This document shows positions 14,747 to 28,238 of a DNA stretch of 64,000 nt, one piece after another; within the stretch, counting starts at the first letter, position 1; each line of letters opens with the position of its first letter. A program made the translations under genes and the position numbers. Source of the stretch: the human T2T-CHM13v2.0 reference genome, Homo sapiens. A model generated the notes under the pieces. That model was not told the DNA's origin, searched no databases, and worked only from the letters and a program-made list of their open reading frames with translations. Where the stretch lies: NCBI RefSeq assembly GCF_009914755.1, contig NC_060927.1. One strand, given 5' to 3'.

Positions 14747-14903
14747 ATGAATCTCACAGATTTAAGACAGTGCCAGCTAAATTGGGAATTATTTGCTAAA
14801 TGTAGTTAACTGAACATTGCTTTATTTCTTTGATAAGAGGACCATTTTATAAATAAGCTGGGTGTTTTTTGTTTTTTTTTTTTGCCTAATTTTATGAGTG
14901 ACT

Positions 14904-15078
14904 CAATAGTTCTCAGGCCTGGCTGCACATTAGAGTCACCTGGGGAGTGTTAAAAATTACCAATGCCTGGGACCCAGCCCAGAAATTCTGATTTCATCGG
15001 TCTGGAAAGGGGCTGGGGCATTGGTGATTTTAAAGTTTCTCCTGGCAATATTAATGTAAAACCATTGTAAAGAACTCA
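14904..15078. mobile_element. MER5A/B (hAT-Charlie)
   Basis: gttctca...ggctgcacattagagtcacctggggag...agaaattctgattt. Confidence 0.75.
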
Positions 15079-15411
15079 CAGCAGCATTAACAGTTTGATT
15101 CTCTGGGTCTTAGGGAATGTGTTCAAAATTGTGGGGTGAACTGTCTTTAGAGTATGCCACTCTGACATCTTAGAAAGAGACAAACCACAGAGACTAGCTG
15201 TACCCACCCAGATGTTCCATCCACAGATGATCTTTTCTTATTTTTCTACATGGTGTTGTATGTTTGTGCAATCAAACATAAGGGCTTTGCATGAATGACA
15301 TTAGCTATGTCTGCTCGGAAAAAGGAGGTTGCCCTTCACCTCCACATCCTGTGCTGCCACTTTTCTTTTGAGTCCTCGGTCAGAGCTGGGTGTTTAAACA
15401 TATATTCTGGG

Positions 15412-15530
15412 TTTTTTTTTTTTTCATCTTTTATTTTGGATTCAGAGGGTACACATGCAGGTTTGTTACATGGGTATACTGCGTGGTGCTGGGGTCTGGG
15501 ACATGGATGATCCTGTCACTCAGGTAGTGC
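15412..15530 (-). mobile_element. Severely 5'-truncated primate L1 3' end
   Basis: T-tail followed by gggtacacatgcaggtttgttacatgggtata; TSD taaacat(a/g)tattct at 15395 and 15539. Confidence 0.8.
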
Positions 15531-16848
15531 AGAAAGAGTAAACATGTATTCTTAAGCAATACATGTATATCTCATGAGTCACAGCTTCAAGAAGACAAAT
15601 ACAATCTGCATGGACTGGTGCTCTAATTAAAAACTCTAAAGACTCAGGAGGCCTGGATAAGTCTCCTGCCCTCTTTGGTCTTCAAATATTTAATTTGTAC
15701 AATTAATGGATTTCCTTTTATAACCCTAAGGTATTTTCCAGTTACTATGATTCACTGGTTGTAATTCTCATAACTAATATAATAAAGAGCAAATTCTTTA
15801 TATAACATCCATTTAGAACTCTACTACTAGTACTAAACAATTCCTAAAATAAGGGTTTATATCTCTGTTAAAGTCATTAGTACATACACATAAATAATAT
15901 CTTGGTCTTTGACTAGTATATTTATTTACCAAGAAATGCAATGGCTTAATCTATACTTTCCAGAAGGAACTGACTGCTGTCATCGAGGAGGAATAGTCAC
16001 ATAAATAAATTATTGTTCTTCACACATAGTACTCACAAAACCTTAGTTAATTGATTATTCAATTATGATATTGTGAAACTGTAACATGACATTAATCATT
16101 ACCTGGTGAAATGATCATGGGCCTTTGTGTGATGCTGCGGCTTCCTGGGAAACTCACTAATGTATTCACATAAACCAGATGTGCCAGAAGAAAGCTCTTG
16201 CTGTGGAATTGATGGAGAGTTTGTTTAAAGAAAGGAAAACAACTCTAAATAGTAAAATAAATATTTTCTTCTGCCTTTGGGTGACCTTATGCTCAACCTC
16301 TTCCCTTATGAGAATGCTGTCTCCAAGCCTGTGGTTCTATGGCATGTCAGTAATCTGAAAAGTCTATCTGAAGTCCAGCAGTGGGCCACTGCCCAGCCTC
16401 ACAAGCCTGATTTCCTCTTCTTTTCTCCACAAACACCCACATACTTATTAGCTCCCTCAGTTCTTAAAATGGATTCTTTTTATCTAATGCCAACTTATCA
16501 CTGTATATCAGGTCTTTGACCCTGAAATATCTTTAGTAAGTTTGCTTTTCTTTGTTGCTAAGGCAAAGCCTGGCAGATTTACCTATCATCAAGAAGCTCT
16601 GATTTGTGGTGGTGCTAAGTTTGGAAGAAATATGAATCAATGAAATAACTTACCTGAAGTAAGAGTCACTTTAAATTAAGTTTATCAGCCCAGTCACTTG
16701 TAAAGGTTTGAAGACAATAGTCATGATGTAATAAAAGAGTATGCAAACTCAAGAGTTTAGATACACCTCAAGCATATAATAGAGTAACAAATTTCAGTTA
16801 TGCAAGATGAAGACGTTCTAGAGTTCTGTTGTACAACCTATAGTTAGG

Positions 16849-16967
16849 AATTCTCCCTCCTCAGCCTCCCAAGTAGCTGGGACTACAGGCATGCATCACT
16901 GCACCCAGGTAATTTTTTAAAACTTTTTTGTGGAGATGAGCTCTCATTATGTTGTCCAGGCTGGTTT
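16849..16967 (-). mobile_element. Internal Alu fragment (no head, no tail) embedded in an L1MA fragment
   Basis: ctcagcctcccaagtagctgggactacaggc...gttgtccaggctggt lies between tatagtta and tatggttaacaat. Confidence 0.75.
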
Positions 16968-17231
16968 AAGAGCGTTAGTGCATCATGTTATGGTTAACAA
17001 TCCTAAGGAAACACCAGTAGGGCATCACTCTAACACTGCCATGGAGCTATCTGAAAGAAGCTAGAGGCTATTAAGCCAAATGCAAGGTGACACACACAGA
17101 GGCCATACACACTAACCACAACCTGAGAGCACCTGAGATAGGAAATATGTGTTCCAGGAAGGGGCCTATCTGGGACCATATTACCGTGTGTTTTCATGTC
17201 CATTTCTGAAACTAGGCCTACTCTGCATGAC

Positions 17232-17618
17232 TATCTTAATCTCCTCAGGCTGCCATAACAAATACTATAGACTGGGCGGCTTAAACAACAGAAGTTTATT
17301 TCTCACAATTCTGGAAGCTGGAAAGTTCAAGCTCAGGGTGCCAGCATGCTCAATTTCCGGTGGGAGCCCTCTTCCTGGCTTGCAGACAGCCCCCACTTTG
17401 TTGTGTGCTCACATGATCTTTCCTTGGTGCATGTATGTGAAGAGAGGGCTCTGTCTGTCGTCTTCTTTTAAGACCACTAATCCTATCAGATTAGGACCCC
17501 ATTCTTATGACCTCATTTAACCTTAATTACCTCCTAAAAGTTCTCTTTAAATACAGTCATATTGAGGGTTAGGGCTTCAACATATAAATTTTCCAAGGAC
17601 GCTATTCCGTCCATAGCA
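17232..17618 (-). mobile_element. MLT1A-like solo LTR
   Basis: ggctgccataacaaatac...ggcttaaacaacagaagtttatttctcac...tccatagca. Confidence 0.85.
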
Positions 17619-20059
17619 ATGATATAGCAACCCACACAGACTATCCCTAAATGTAGAAATCAGTGTTACTCTTCAAAGCAACACATTTTTAAAAATATGT
17701 CTTCCAAATGCCTTATTTTTGACAACGGAATCCTTTGTCCAAAATAAATTTTACAAAGATCCTCAGTATATAATATAATAAATAAATACACTGGACAGTA
17801 AGTTTGGGAAATGTGTTTGATCTGTGTAGGGATGTACAGTTGTATCTGCACTAAACTAGCTCTGCAAGAGGATACAGAAGAGATTTCAAAGAGCTGTCAT
17901 CCTAGGTAAATGGCCCAGATACATGCTCCATGAACCCCCTCAGGGAAACATCTTTGCTATTAAACAGGATAATCTGTAAGCAGAGCCAAAAAGGACTTTG
18001 GATGCAAGAAGAGACCAGGGGATGTCTCATCCTGAGTCATCAGGATATTTCTCAGGAGGATTTAAGTAACTGGTCTTACAGTTAAAGCCTCCTATAAAAA
18101 TGTACTCCATTTAGCATTTAACTAATAAAACCAAGTACCTACAAAACTAGAAGCTTTATCCCATTAAGGAACCTTTCAGGACTTGGTGTTTGCATGAAAC
18201 AGAAAGTAATCATTGCTATAGGAGAGTCCAAGTCTCTTCATGAAATCATTTTAAAAAATGTATTCTACTGTGGTCAGGAGAACTCTTGCATTATGCATAT
18301 TTTGCTACCAATTAGTCTTGGTGAAGAAATGGCCCAGTTTTCTCACTGGCAAATTAAAGGGTAGATTAGGCCAGTGAGTGTCAAGCTTTAATGTACAAAA
18401 GAAATCGTTAGGCAGTTTATTTATTATTAATAATATGCAGGTTTTTAACCTGTAGGCCCCACAAAAATTTTGATTCACTTGCTCTGTGACAAGATTCAGG
18501 AATCTTAATTATTTACTGGCACCCTATTGATTGTGATACAGGTAATCAATAGATTCCTCACTACACACACACATACACACACACGAAAAAATGAAATGAT
18601 GATCTTTAAACTCTTTCTGTCTTTCAGATACTATAATTCTGTTTTTAAGGTTCATATAAGCAAAGCAGGATATTAGGCCTACATTCCTGACCTATCTGCC
18701 AAAGAATTATTAAAAACAAACATCTTTTGCTCACTCTAAGCACATTGGATGATGCCATTATGATAAAGTCCAGGAGAGAGAAAGAGATGAAATCATGATG
18801 TCTAAACTATATTCATTTTTGTGACCTTCATCCTATATAAGCTGCTTTCCACCTTAACTGTGCATGTTCAAAACATTGCCCCAAGGTGAGAGAAAATTGC
18901 TTGGAATGTTCCTTCATCAACATCTGCTCTCTTTCTTCTGGCCCTGCTATCAACCCCGTCTCTGTGAAATCTCAGAACCTGAATTCCAGTATTTAGATTA
19001 AAGAAAAGGGGCTTCTCTGCTGTCTCTTATCTCTGATTCCATTTCCAAGGCCATTAATATATTTCAGGCAGACAGATTTTTGTTTTACAGACTATTTCTT
19101 TTTCTAGGATGTTCCCAGTCATTTAGAACATCATCCATATATCCAGGCCATCTTTCTGTGATCACCATTTGTTTTCAGTTGATACGAATGGAGTTTAAGA
19201 CAGTTTCCTTGAAGGCAGGAATGCTGTGTGTGAATTGTGACTCTATGAAAAGTTACAGTGAACACAAAAGCTAACACTTTGTAAGAACAGTACTCTGCAA
19301 GGGGAAATGGAGAGGACAGTATAAACATATGATGTCTGAATTAGCAAATGAAACATAAGTTTATGTGATGATCCAATGGAAGGACCAGGTAACTGAATGT
19401 TTTCATGGAGTTTCTCAACTTTGGAAGGAATCAGTGAATGAGGAGGAATTAATGACCTCATTGGGAGATTTTCAGCTGGCTTCTTCTACACTATGAGACC
19501 ATCTCCAGGCTTAGGATGAGTTTGCTTAGTATGATCATCCTAGGACAGTCCCTTTGCTGCCTGGTTTTATCCCAACTGTTCAAAGCAGCTTCATTAAGAT
19601 TTTTTCCCTGAGAGAACTCAGATTGGAGCTTCATCAAATACCACTAGCCTTTGACTTTCTGCAGAGAAAGTTAATGAATATAGCTTGGAGCCAGACAAAT
19701 TAATTTTTTACATTTTCTGTTTATTTTTAACTCTTGTTTCAAAAGGGTAGAGAGAGTGGAGACATAACAATCAAGCTTTTACAGCCAAAATCCAGGGGTG
19801 AAGTCATGTGGTCCTAGAAAGGAAGTGTGGGGAAAACATTACAAACATTGGCAGGATGCTTCCCCCATAGCATTATCACATTGCTTTGTGACTGGTATTT
19901 AATAGCTATCCTTTCTCAGACTAGAAGCTCCGCTAAAGAAGAGACCAAGGCTTCAATAATCAAAATCTAGCAGAGTGCTTTAGCACATAATGGTAGTTTG
20001 TAGCATGTTTAACTTAAAAGACTCCAGCTGAATGGACACTTCCCATTCAAGTATAAAAA

Positions 20060-20236
20060 AACTGTAGGAGGAGTTGGGCAGATGTTAGTAAAAGGATACA
20101 AAGTTTCAGCTTGGGGAAACAAGTTCAAGAGAGCTGTTGTATAATGTGATTACTATAGTTAATAACAATGTGTTGTACTTTTGTATACTACATATGACAT
20201 TTTTATTTGTCCATTAAAATAAATAAATAAATAAAT
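20060..20236 (+). mobile_element. L1MA 3' end with (TAAA)n tail
   Basis: aaaggatacaaagtttcag...tatagttaataacaatg. Confidence 0.65.
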
Positions 20237-21036
20237 CCATGTACAATATATTTTGGAGGCTTAGATATTTTTTTTAAAAGGGAAAGGATATTTTTAGTAT
20301 ATTTAGTTTCCCCCTCTTTTGGTCTTTAGTTAATCCTTAACATGTAAAATAATTGACAGGTGAAATTTTTGTGGCTTAAGGCTAAAGCAAACCTACCAGC
20401 CTTTGGGCTTTTATGACAAATTTTCCCTCCTATCAGAATAAATGTAATAGTAAATGTTATAACTGAAAGTCTAAAACAGCGTGTTACACAACATTCAAAA
20501 TTATACAAATCTTTGGAATTCTTAGTGGAAAAATGACTAAAAGGAAAGGAAAATGGAAGAGTGCCAAAAATTGCTAATAATTATAAACCAATTGGAAAAA
20601 CTACAAAGTATATTTAAGGCTGCAATCTGGTTCAGACTTTCTCTTCTTTGCCACCAGTTCTTGAGCTGAGTGAAGAAGTAATGTATTTGGATGCATACAA
20701 TTCATTGTGTGATATTTAGGCCACTTAATTAGAGCAAACACATAGTTTTATCAAAAAACTGGGGATGCTTTTGTGAGTGAAAAGGGGCACTAAAGAAGGC
20801 CTGTTTCAAACAACCCAAGATATGTGGTTGCTGTGCTCTTCATCCACTTAAGGGGCTTCTTTTTATTCTATGTCATTTGTTCAAAATGCTCAATATTTGC
20901 TAAGAGGGAGATCTTAATTCAACTCCCACAGTGTGCCAGGTAGAGGTGAACATAAGTCTCCTTCAAATACCCAATTGCAGCTGAGCTGTAAGGACATGGT
21001 CCAAAACAGTGTATTCCAAAACGTGGGATACACCAC

Positions 21037-21420
21037 TGTGATAGTTAATACTGAGTGGATTGAAGGATACAAAGTACTGATCTTGGGTGTGTCTGTGAGG
21101 GTGTTGCCAAAAGAGATTAACATTTGAGTCAGGCTAGGGAAGGCAGACCCACCCTTGATCTGGGTGGGCACAATCTAATCAGCTGCCAGTGCAGCTAGAA
21201 TATAAGCAGGAAAAAAAAATGTGAAAAAGAAAGACTAACTTAGCCTCCCAGCCTACATCTTTCTCCCATGCTGGTTGCTTGCTGCTCTTGAACATCAGAC
21301 TCCAGGTTCTTCAGTTTTGGGACTCGGACTGGCTCTCCTTGCTCCTGAACTTGAAGACAGCCTATTGTGAGACTTTGTGATCATGTAAGTTAATACTTAA
21401 TAAACTCTCCTTTATATATG
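21037..21420 (+). mobile_element. MLT2A-type (HERV-L) LTR, 3'-truncated
   Basis: tgtgatagttaatactgagt...gggtgtgtctgtgagggtgttgccaaaagagattaacatttgagtcag...cttaataaactc. Confidence 0.85.
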
Positions 21421-21492
21421 AGCAGTTCTTAAAATAAGATTGGAAAACAGATTTTCTTATTGTACCCCATGATGTTAAGTTTTCTACATAGA

Positions 21493-24250
21493 TGTCTGCA
21501 TGGTTCATGTAGTGTTATTAACAGAATACCTGAAATGAAGTATTTATTTAAAAAAAAAAAAAAAGCAGAGAGGTGGGGGTTGGCTTATGATTCTAGTGGC
21601 TGGAAAATTTGAGACTGGGCATTTGCATCTGGTGAGGGCTTCAGGCTGTCCTCATGGCAGAAAGCAAAATGGGGAGCTTACAAGCACAAAGAGAGGGAAA
21701 CCCGAGGAACATCCTGGCTTTATAACAACCCACTCTCTCAGAAACAAATCCATTTTTGAGAGAACTAGTCCAGTCTTACAAAAGTGATAATATGGTTTGG
21801 CTGTGTCCCCACCCAAATCTCATCTTGAATTATAACTTCCACAGTTCCCACGTAGTGTGGGAGGAACCTGGTGGGAGGTGATTGAATTATGGGTGCGGGT
21901 GTTTCCTGCGCTGTTCTTGTGATAGTGAATGAGTCTCACGAGAGCTGGTGGTTTTAAAAATGGGAGTTTCTATGCACAAGCTCTCTCTTTGCCTGCTGCC
22001 ATCCATGTAAGATATGACGTGCTCCTCCTTGCCTTTCACCTTCCACCATGATTGTGAGGCCTCCCCATCCATGTGGAACTGTAAGTCCAATAAACCACTT
22101 TCTTTGGTAAATTGCCCAGTCTCAGGTATGTCTTTGTCAGCAGCATGAAAATGGACTAATACAGTATATTGGTACCAGTAGAGTGGGGCACTGCTGAGAA
22201 GATACCCAGAAATATGGAAGTGAGTTTGGAATTGGGTAACAGGCAGAAGTGGAACAGTTTGGAGGGCTCAGAATAAGACAGGAAAATGTGGGAAAGTTTG
22301 GAACTCCCTAGAGACTTACTGAATGACTTTGACAAAGTGCTGATAATGATATGGATAATAAAGTCCAGGCTGAGGTGGTCTCAGATGAAGATGAGGAATT
22401 TGTTGGAAACTAGAGCAAAGATGATTCTTGCTTTGTTTTAGCAAAGAGGCTGGTGACATTTTGCACCTTCCCTAGAGATTTGTGGAACTTTCAACTTGAG
22501 AGAGATTATTTAGGGTATCTGGCCGAAGAAATTTCTAAGCAGCAAAGCATTCAAGGGGTGACTTGGGTGCTGTTAGAGGCATTCAGTTTTATAAGGGAAG
22601 CAGAGCATAAAAGTTCAGAAAATTTGCAGCCTGACAACACTATAGAAAAGAAAATCCCATTTGCTGAGGAGAAATTCAAGCTGGCTGCAGAAATGTACAT
22701 AATTAATGAGGAGTCAAATAATCCCCAAGACAATGGGGACAATGTCTCCAGGGCATGTCGAGGTCTTTACAACAGCTTCCTGGAGGCCTAGGAGGAAAAA
22801 GCAGTTTTGTGGGTTGGGCCCAGGGTCCCATGCTGTATGCAGCCTAGGGACTTGGTGCCCAGCTGCTCCATATGTGCCTGAAAGGAGCCAACATAGAGCT
22901 TGGGCCATGGCTTCAGAGGGTGTAAGCCCCAAGCCTTAGCAGCTTCCACATGGTGTTGAGCCTGCGAGTGAACAGAAATCAAGAATTGAGGCTTTAGAAC
23001 TTCCCCCTAGATTTCAGAAGATGTATGAAAACACTTGGATGCCCATGCAGAAGTTTGCTGCCAGGGTGGGGCCCTCATGGAGAACCTCCACTAGGGCAGT
23101 GCAGAAGGGAAATTTGGGGTCAGAGCCCCTACACAGAGTCCCTACTGAGGCACTGCCTAGTGGAGCTGTGAGAAGAGGGCTACCATCCTGCAGACCCCAG
23201 AATGGTAGATCCACTGACAGCTTGAACTGTTCACCTGGAAAAGCCACAGACACTCAATGACAGCCCGTAAAGGGAGCTGGGAGGGAGGCTGTACCCTGCA
23301 AAGCCATAGGGGCAGAGCTTCCCAAGACTATGGGAACCTACCTCTTGCATCAGCGTGACCTGGATGTAAGACATAGAGTGAAAGGAGATTATTTTGGAGC
23401 TTTAAGATTTGACTGCCCCACTGGATTTTGGTCTTGCATGGGGCCTGGAGCCCTTTGTTTTGGCAAATTTCTCCCATTTGGAATGGCTGTATTTACCTGA
23501 TGCCTGTACTCCCCATTATATCTAGGAAGTAATTAACTTGCTTTTGAATTTACAGGCTCATAGGCAGAAGGGACTTGCCTTGTCTCAGATTAGATGTCGG
23601 ACTGTGAACTTTTGAGTTAATGCTGAAATGAGTTAAGACTTTGGGGGACTGTTGGGAATGCATGATTGGTTTTGAAATGTGAGGACATGAGATTTGAGAG
23701 GGGCCAACAGTGGAATGATATGACTTGGCTGTGTCCCCACCAAAATCTCATCTTGAATTGTAACTCCCACAATTTCCACATGTTGTGGGAACAACCCAGT
23801 GGGAGGTGATTGAATTATGGGGGTGAGTCTTTCCTGCAGTGTTCTCATGATAATGAATGAGTCTCACAAGATCTAATAGTTTCAAAAGTGGGAGTTTCCC
23901 TGCACAAGCTCTCTTTTTGCCTGACACCATCCATGCAAGACATGACATGCTCCTCCTTGTCTTTCACCTTCCACCATGATTGTGAGGCCTCCCCAGCCAT
24001 GTGGAACTGTAAGTCCAATAAACCTATTTCTTTTGTAAATTACCCAGTCTCAGGCATGTCTTTATCAGCAATGTGAAAACGGACTAATACAAGCGATTAC
24101 CAGAAGAACAGCACCGAGCTATTCATGAGGGATCCACCCACTAGCCAAACACCTCTCACTATGCCCCACCTCCCAATACTGCAACTCTGGGGATCAAATT
24201 TCAACATGAGCTTTGGTGGGAATAAACAAACAGTATCCAAACCACAGCAA
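21493..24250 (-). mobile_element. Older MST-type LTR split by the THE1 insertion (pieces about 21493-21787 and 24092-24250)
   Basis: MST motifs continue across the THE1 and end ggggatcaaatttcaacatgag...ccaaaccacagca. Confidence 0.7.
21788..24091 (+). mobile_element. Full-length THE1 (THE1A/B-like): 5' LTR 21788-22163, internal 22164-23715, 3' LTR 23716-24091
   Basis: Two ~375-bp LTRs ending ggactaataca, a THE1-int body, and a 5-bp TSD agtga/agcga. Confidence 0.92.
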
Positions 24251-25085
24251 CATCTTATGTTGCTTTATGCACAAGAAGAGAAGTTTATTTAATGTTTCTT
24301 GCATATAAGACGTGAATGAGGATCCATACCAGCTGACTTAAAGGTATAAAGGAGAAAGAATAGGATTGGCACAGTGCTGGTCTTTATCATTTCTTAGTAA
24401 TAGAAGAAAATCATTAGAAAGGTCACTTTCTGAGGATGTCACCTTTAAATCCTTTACACTACCATCTTTTTATTCTTTACTTTTCAAATTAAGGCACAAG
24501 AACAACTTGTATCCCTTAACCAAAATTATTTTCCCATATTTTCTAGCATTTTGTTAGACCTTTCCAAACTCTTATCTCATAGCCAATTGTACTTAGGACC
24601 GTGGTTCCCCAGGTAGACATAGCCCAGCGTATGAAAATAGGCTCAGAATATCTAGAGTGCTGGAGACCATGACTTCTCAGATTCTGTAAACACACTAATA
24701 ATACCACAGTTTAGCTGACTGAGTTATAAGCATCAAATCAGACTGAGCAGAAATGAAAGTGAGTTTTGTTTACTTTACTGGCAATATGTCTCTTGTGGGA
24801 GAAGATAGGCTGGTAATATTAATATATTATTGAAATTAATAAGTACAAGACAAGCTAACATTTGTAGCTCATTTGGCCTTTATTTGTTCTTTGATGAGCT
24901 ATGGTGCCTTATTTTATTCGTTTATGCTTTTCTCATTTTTGTTCACTAATGTTCATCTCTGAGATTGATCTCTTGTGAAAAAAGGCCTTTGATATAAGGT
25001 TATAGTTTCTATTAAATGTAAGCTGACTCATAGGGATAGGTTTTGAGAAGCCAGTCTTGCTTAAAAAGAAATTTTTTAAAAAACT

Positions 25086-25086
<1 letters not shown>

Positions 25087-25124
<38 letters not shown>
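25087..25124. repeat. (TG)n microsatellite
   Basis: Read directly from the sequence. Confidence 0.95.
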
Positions 25125-25125
<1 letters not shown>

Positions 25126-25844
25126 TGCATGTGTTACTATTTAGTAAAGTATCAAAGAGAAATGTAGTGGCCTTGGAAATGGAGAGATGATAGACCTTGT
25201 TTGAGATGAAGGAAGTGGAATCCTCTTAGAAGCCATGTATTTAATAAATGGTACAACCTATCTAAACTCAGCACAAATATGTTCACAAAATTGGTCACAT
25301 TTTTGTTACTTACTTGACCCTCTTCCCTAACATGGGCTATTAGTACTAAGCCCAGTTTCTGCCTTTGGTACAAAGTCTCAAATCTTCTACTTAACTGTAT
25401 TGTTCAAGAACTCTAGGAACTGACTTTTTTCCCAGTAGGCTAGTCCTGCTTCCACTCTCTAAGTTAAGAGTCTGATTGGATGACTAGTGCCATATTTCCA
25501 CAATGCCATACACTGTCACAGCTGAAGATGGGTCTTACAAATTCTAAAAGCTCTTTGCAGTCATGGCCTTGCTAGCTAGAGCCTTACTAGCACCAGAGTG
25601 AAAGACAAAAATAGGGCTTTAAAATTTCAGCTCTCTTATGCCATTTTCCACAAGGCTGACACCAGTCCAGATCTGCTGAATTCTAAAAAAATTCTGCCAT
25701 TGGCTCCATGCTGGGCCATAATAATCACTGAACCCCTTGAACCTTGGTCACTATACTAGATGCCTCCTCTCCTCAAGGTTGGTTTCATTCCATGAGTTTT
25801 GTTACTTTTCCCTTCCAATGCACCTTCCAAATTTCATGTCCACC

Positions 25845-26218
25845 TGTCCTAGTCAATTTAGGCTGCCAAAACAAAATGTCATCAATTGGGTGGCTTAAAC
25901 AACAGAAATGCATTTTCTCACAGTTTTGGAGCCTAGAAATCCGAGATTAGAATGCCAGCATGGTCAGGATCTGGTAAGGACACTCTTCCTGGCTTGTAGA
26001 TGGCTGCCTTCTCACTGTGTTCTCATATTCAGAGAGAATGTGTGTGCAAGTTCTCAGGTGTCTATTCTTATGAGGGCACTCTTTTCATCATGAGGTCTAC
26101 CATTGTGGCTTCATTTAAACCTACTTATCTCCCAAATGCCCATCTCTGACTGGGGGTTAGGGCTTCCACGTATAAATGGGGTGGGGGGTGGCTGTGGGGC
26201 AAAATTCAGTCCATAGCA
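25845..26218 (-). mobile_element. MLT1A-like solo LTR
   Basis: gggtggcttaaacaacagaaat...aaattcagtccatagca; TSD ccacc/ccatc. Confidence 0.85.
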
Positions 26219-28238
26219 CCATCCTAGTTTACAACGACAAATCTTCGAGACTTCAAACATGTAGAATTGTAACCAATATTTTGTCAAGGGAATCCATAAA
26301 AAGCCAAGGTAGATAACCCATCTGAATTCAATGCCACTTAGTCTTTTTCAAGTCTAATCATCTGAAATAGAAGACCTTTCTGCATCTTTAATTCATGGCA
26401 AAGCCAGAGATATCTGACTACACTGATTACTTCCCACCTGGGGGACAATGAGTACAGGAGAGCTTCATTTCAAGTTCTAGGCATTCTTCTTTTCTTTTTG
26501 AGAGAATTTGTACAACAGAGAATTTTGAGAAGCTGGATAAAATGCCCAAAAAACCAAAGTGGGTGTCCTAGAAATATCATGAGTACATTCTCTATGGATA
26601 TACTATGCTTCCTCTCAGAAAACAAACCCACTATTATCTCAACCCCAGTGTCGTTTGTCCTTCAGAAGATACCTTGCTTATTTGTCCTTTAGAATATACA
26701 ATGACTTATTCTGATTTTCTTTTATCTGTTTACCCCAAAGACAAACAAATACCAATGGAATCTGAGAGTTTAATTGTCAAGATGCATCCACATTTATCAA
26801 ATAAATTACTGAGTTTGAAACCAAACAAGGTTGACAAGTCCTCATTTAGTAACCGCATCTGGCATGGTATGAAATGTCTTGCAGGCTTTCGTGGTAATGA
26901 AGCTTTGAAGAAAAGTAGTGTTCACATAGGAAGTCTAACCAAAAGGAAACTTGGATTAAGGTCAAACCATCCTTGCCCCAGTGGCTTGAGGTTGTTCCTC
27001 TTTGTTTTTCTTGAGCTCTCTAGAGAGGGTCTGACCATATTCTTCCGCCCCTAACTACCACATGTAGAATCACAGCATTGGCAGGGGACTTGGTGGTCAG
27101 CTAATCTAAACCTTTATTTGAGTCACAAATTCCTCCACTGTTGTAATGATTGACAGAGATGGTCTAGAGTACAAATGAATGTCTGCATACTCTGAGTCGA
27201 AATAGTTCAAAGTTAAAAACGAAGTTAAAATGGTTAAAGAAATGTTTTTTTCTTCCAAAATTGATTTTAAAAAATACCTTGATAACCTCTTGGAAAACAA
27301 AATTGAAGTTTAGAATTCTCAGACCCCTTGGCATTCTACTCTAGTGGAACTATATACTATAGTGGAAACACTATAGTGATGCAAGGAAAGCTAGTCCTGG
27401 CTCAGACTGAAAGTCCTCTCTTTTCAATCTCTTTTGTGATCCATTCTACACTATATTTACTGTGTCTCATATGTGTTGTGTCTCACACTAGCCCACAACT
27501 ATAAGTTCAATCCACATAACTTACAACCAGTGGCCCCATGGCCACCTCTCAGATCTAAATGTATGTACCTTTGAGAGAGCAGATCTTCACAGGCCCTGAA
27601 CAAGGAAGTTGGGCATGGAATTTCCAGACCTGGATTCTCCAGTTTGTGGTCAAGAAGGAGGAGGAAGAAGAGGAGTAAAGCAAAGAAGATAGGGCCAGAG
27701 GGGCATGGCCGGAATGAGGCTCTATAAATGTGAGAACTATGGCACATATCCCGTTGCCCAAGTATAAGGACAGTACTATAGTTTATCAACACCAGGAGTT
27801 GTCAGGATATTAACACACTTCAGAATTAAAATAGCAGCATATCACTAGAACAAATTCCAGAGTCAAGCAAGATTTTGCCTTCAGACTTCAGCAGCCAAAA
27901 TGTGCTAGTTGGGAGAGTGCAATTCCAGAACCGAGGTTTAGTTCCAAGAGCCCCTGAAGTTCTCCTCTCCTGGAGACTTCAGGAAAAGTCTCCTTTTAGG
28001 TCTTATGTGGGTTCCATGTCAGGGTCCCCAGTGATTCTGAGTATCCAGTGTAAGTCTTAGCTGAATCGGGCCTGCTTTCAGCAACTGTCCCAAGATGAAA
28101 CCCAAAGAAATATATGTCCCACTGCCATGATAGATTTTGAATGTCTTTTCTGGTCAGACCAGGCTCATTGTTCTTCTAAGACCCAAGACACTGCGCCAGA
28201 GAGCCTAAATCCATGCTGTGGAGAATATGTGATGCGTC

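Noticed and set aside
22453-23260. ORFs in the THE1 internal region
   Set aside because: Short, broken remnants of the MaLR internal sequence with no intact gag/pol.
26605-27054. Longest ORF in the window (149 aa)
   Set aside because: No recognisable domain or coding-like composition; such a length can occur by chance in 64 kb.
27640-27730. GA-rich tract followed by a TATAAA box
   Set aside because: No CpG island, ORF or other support for a promoter or pseudogene.
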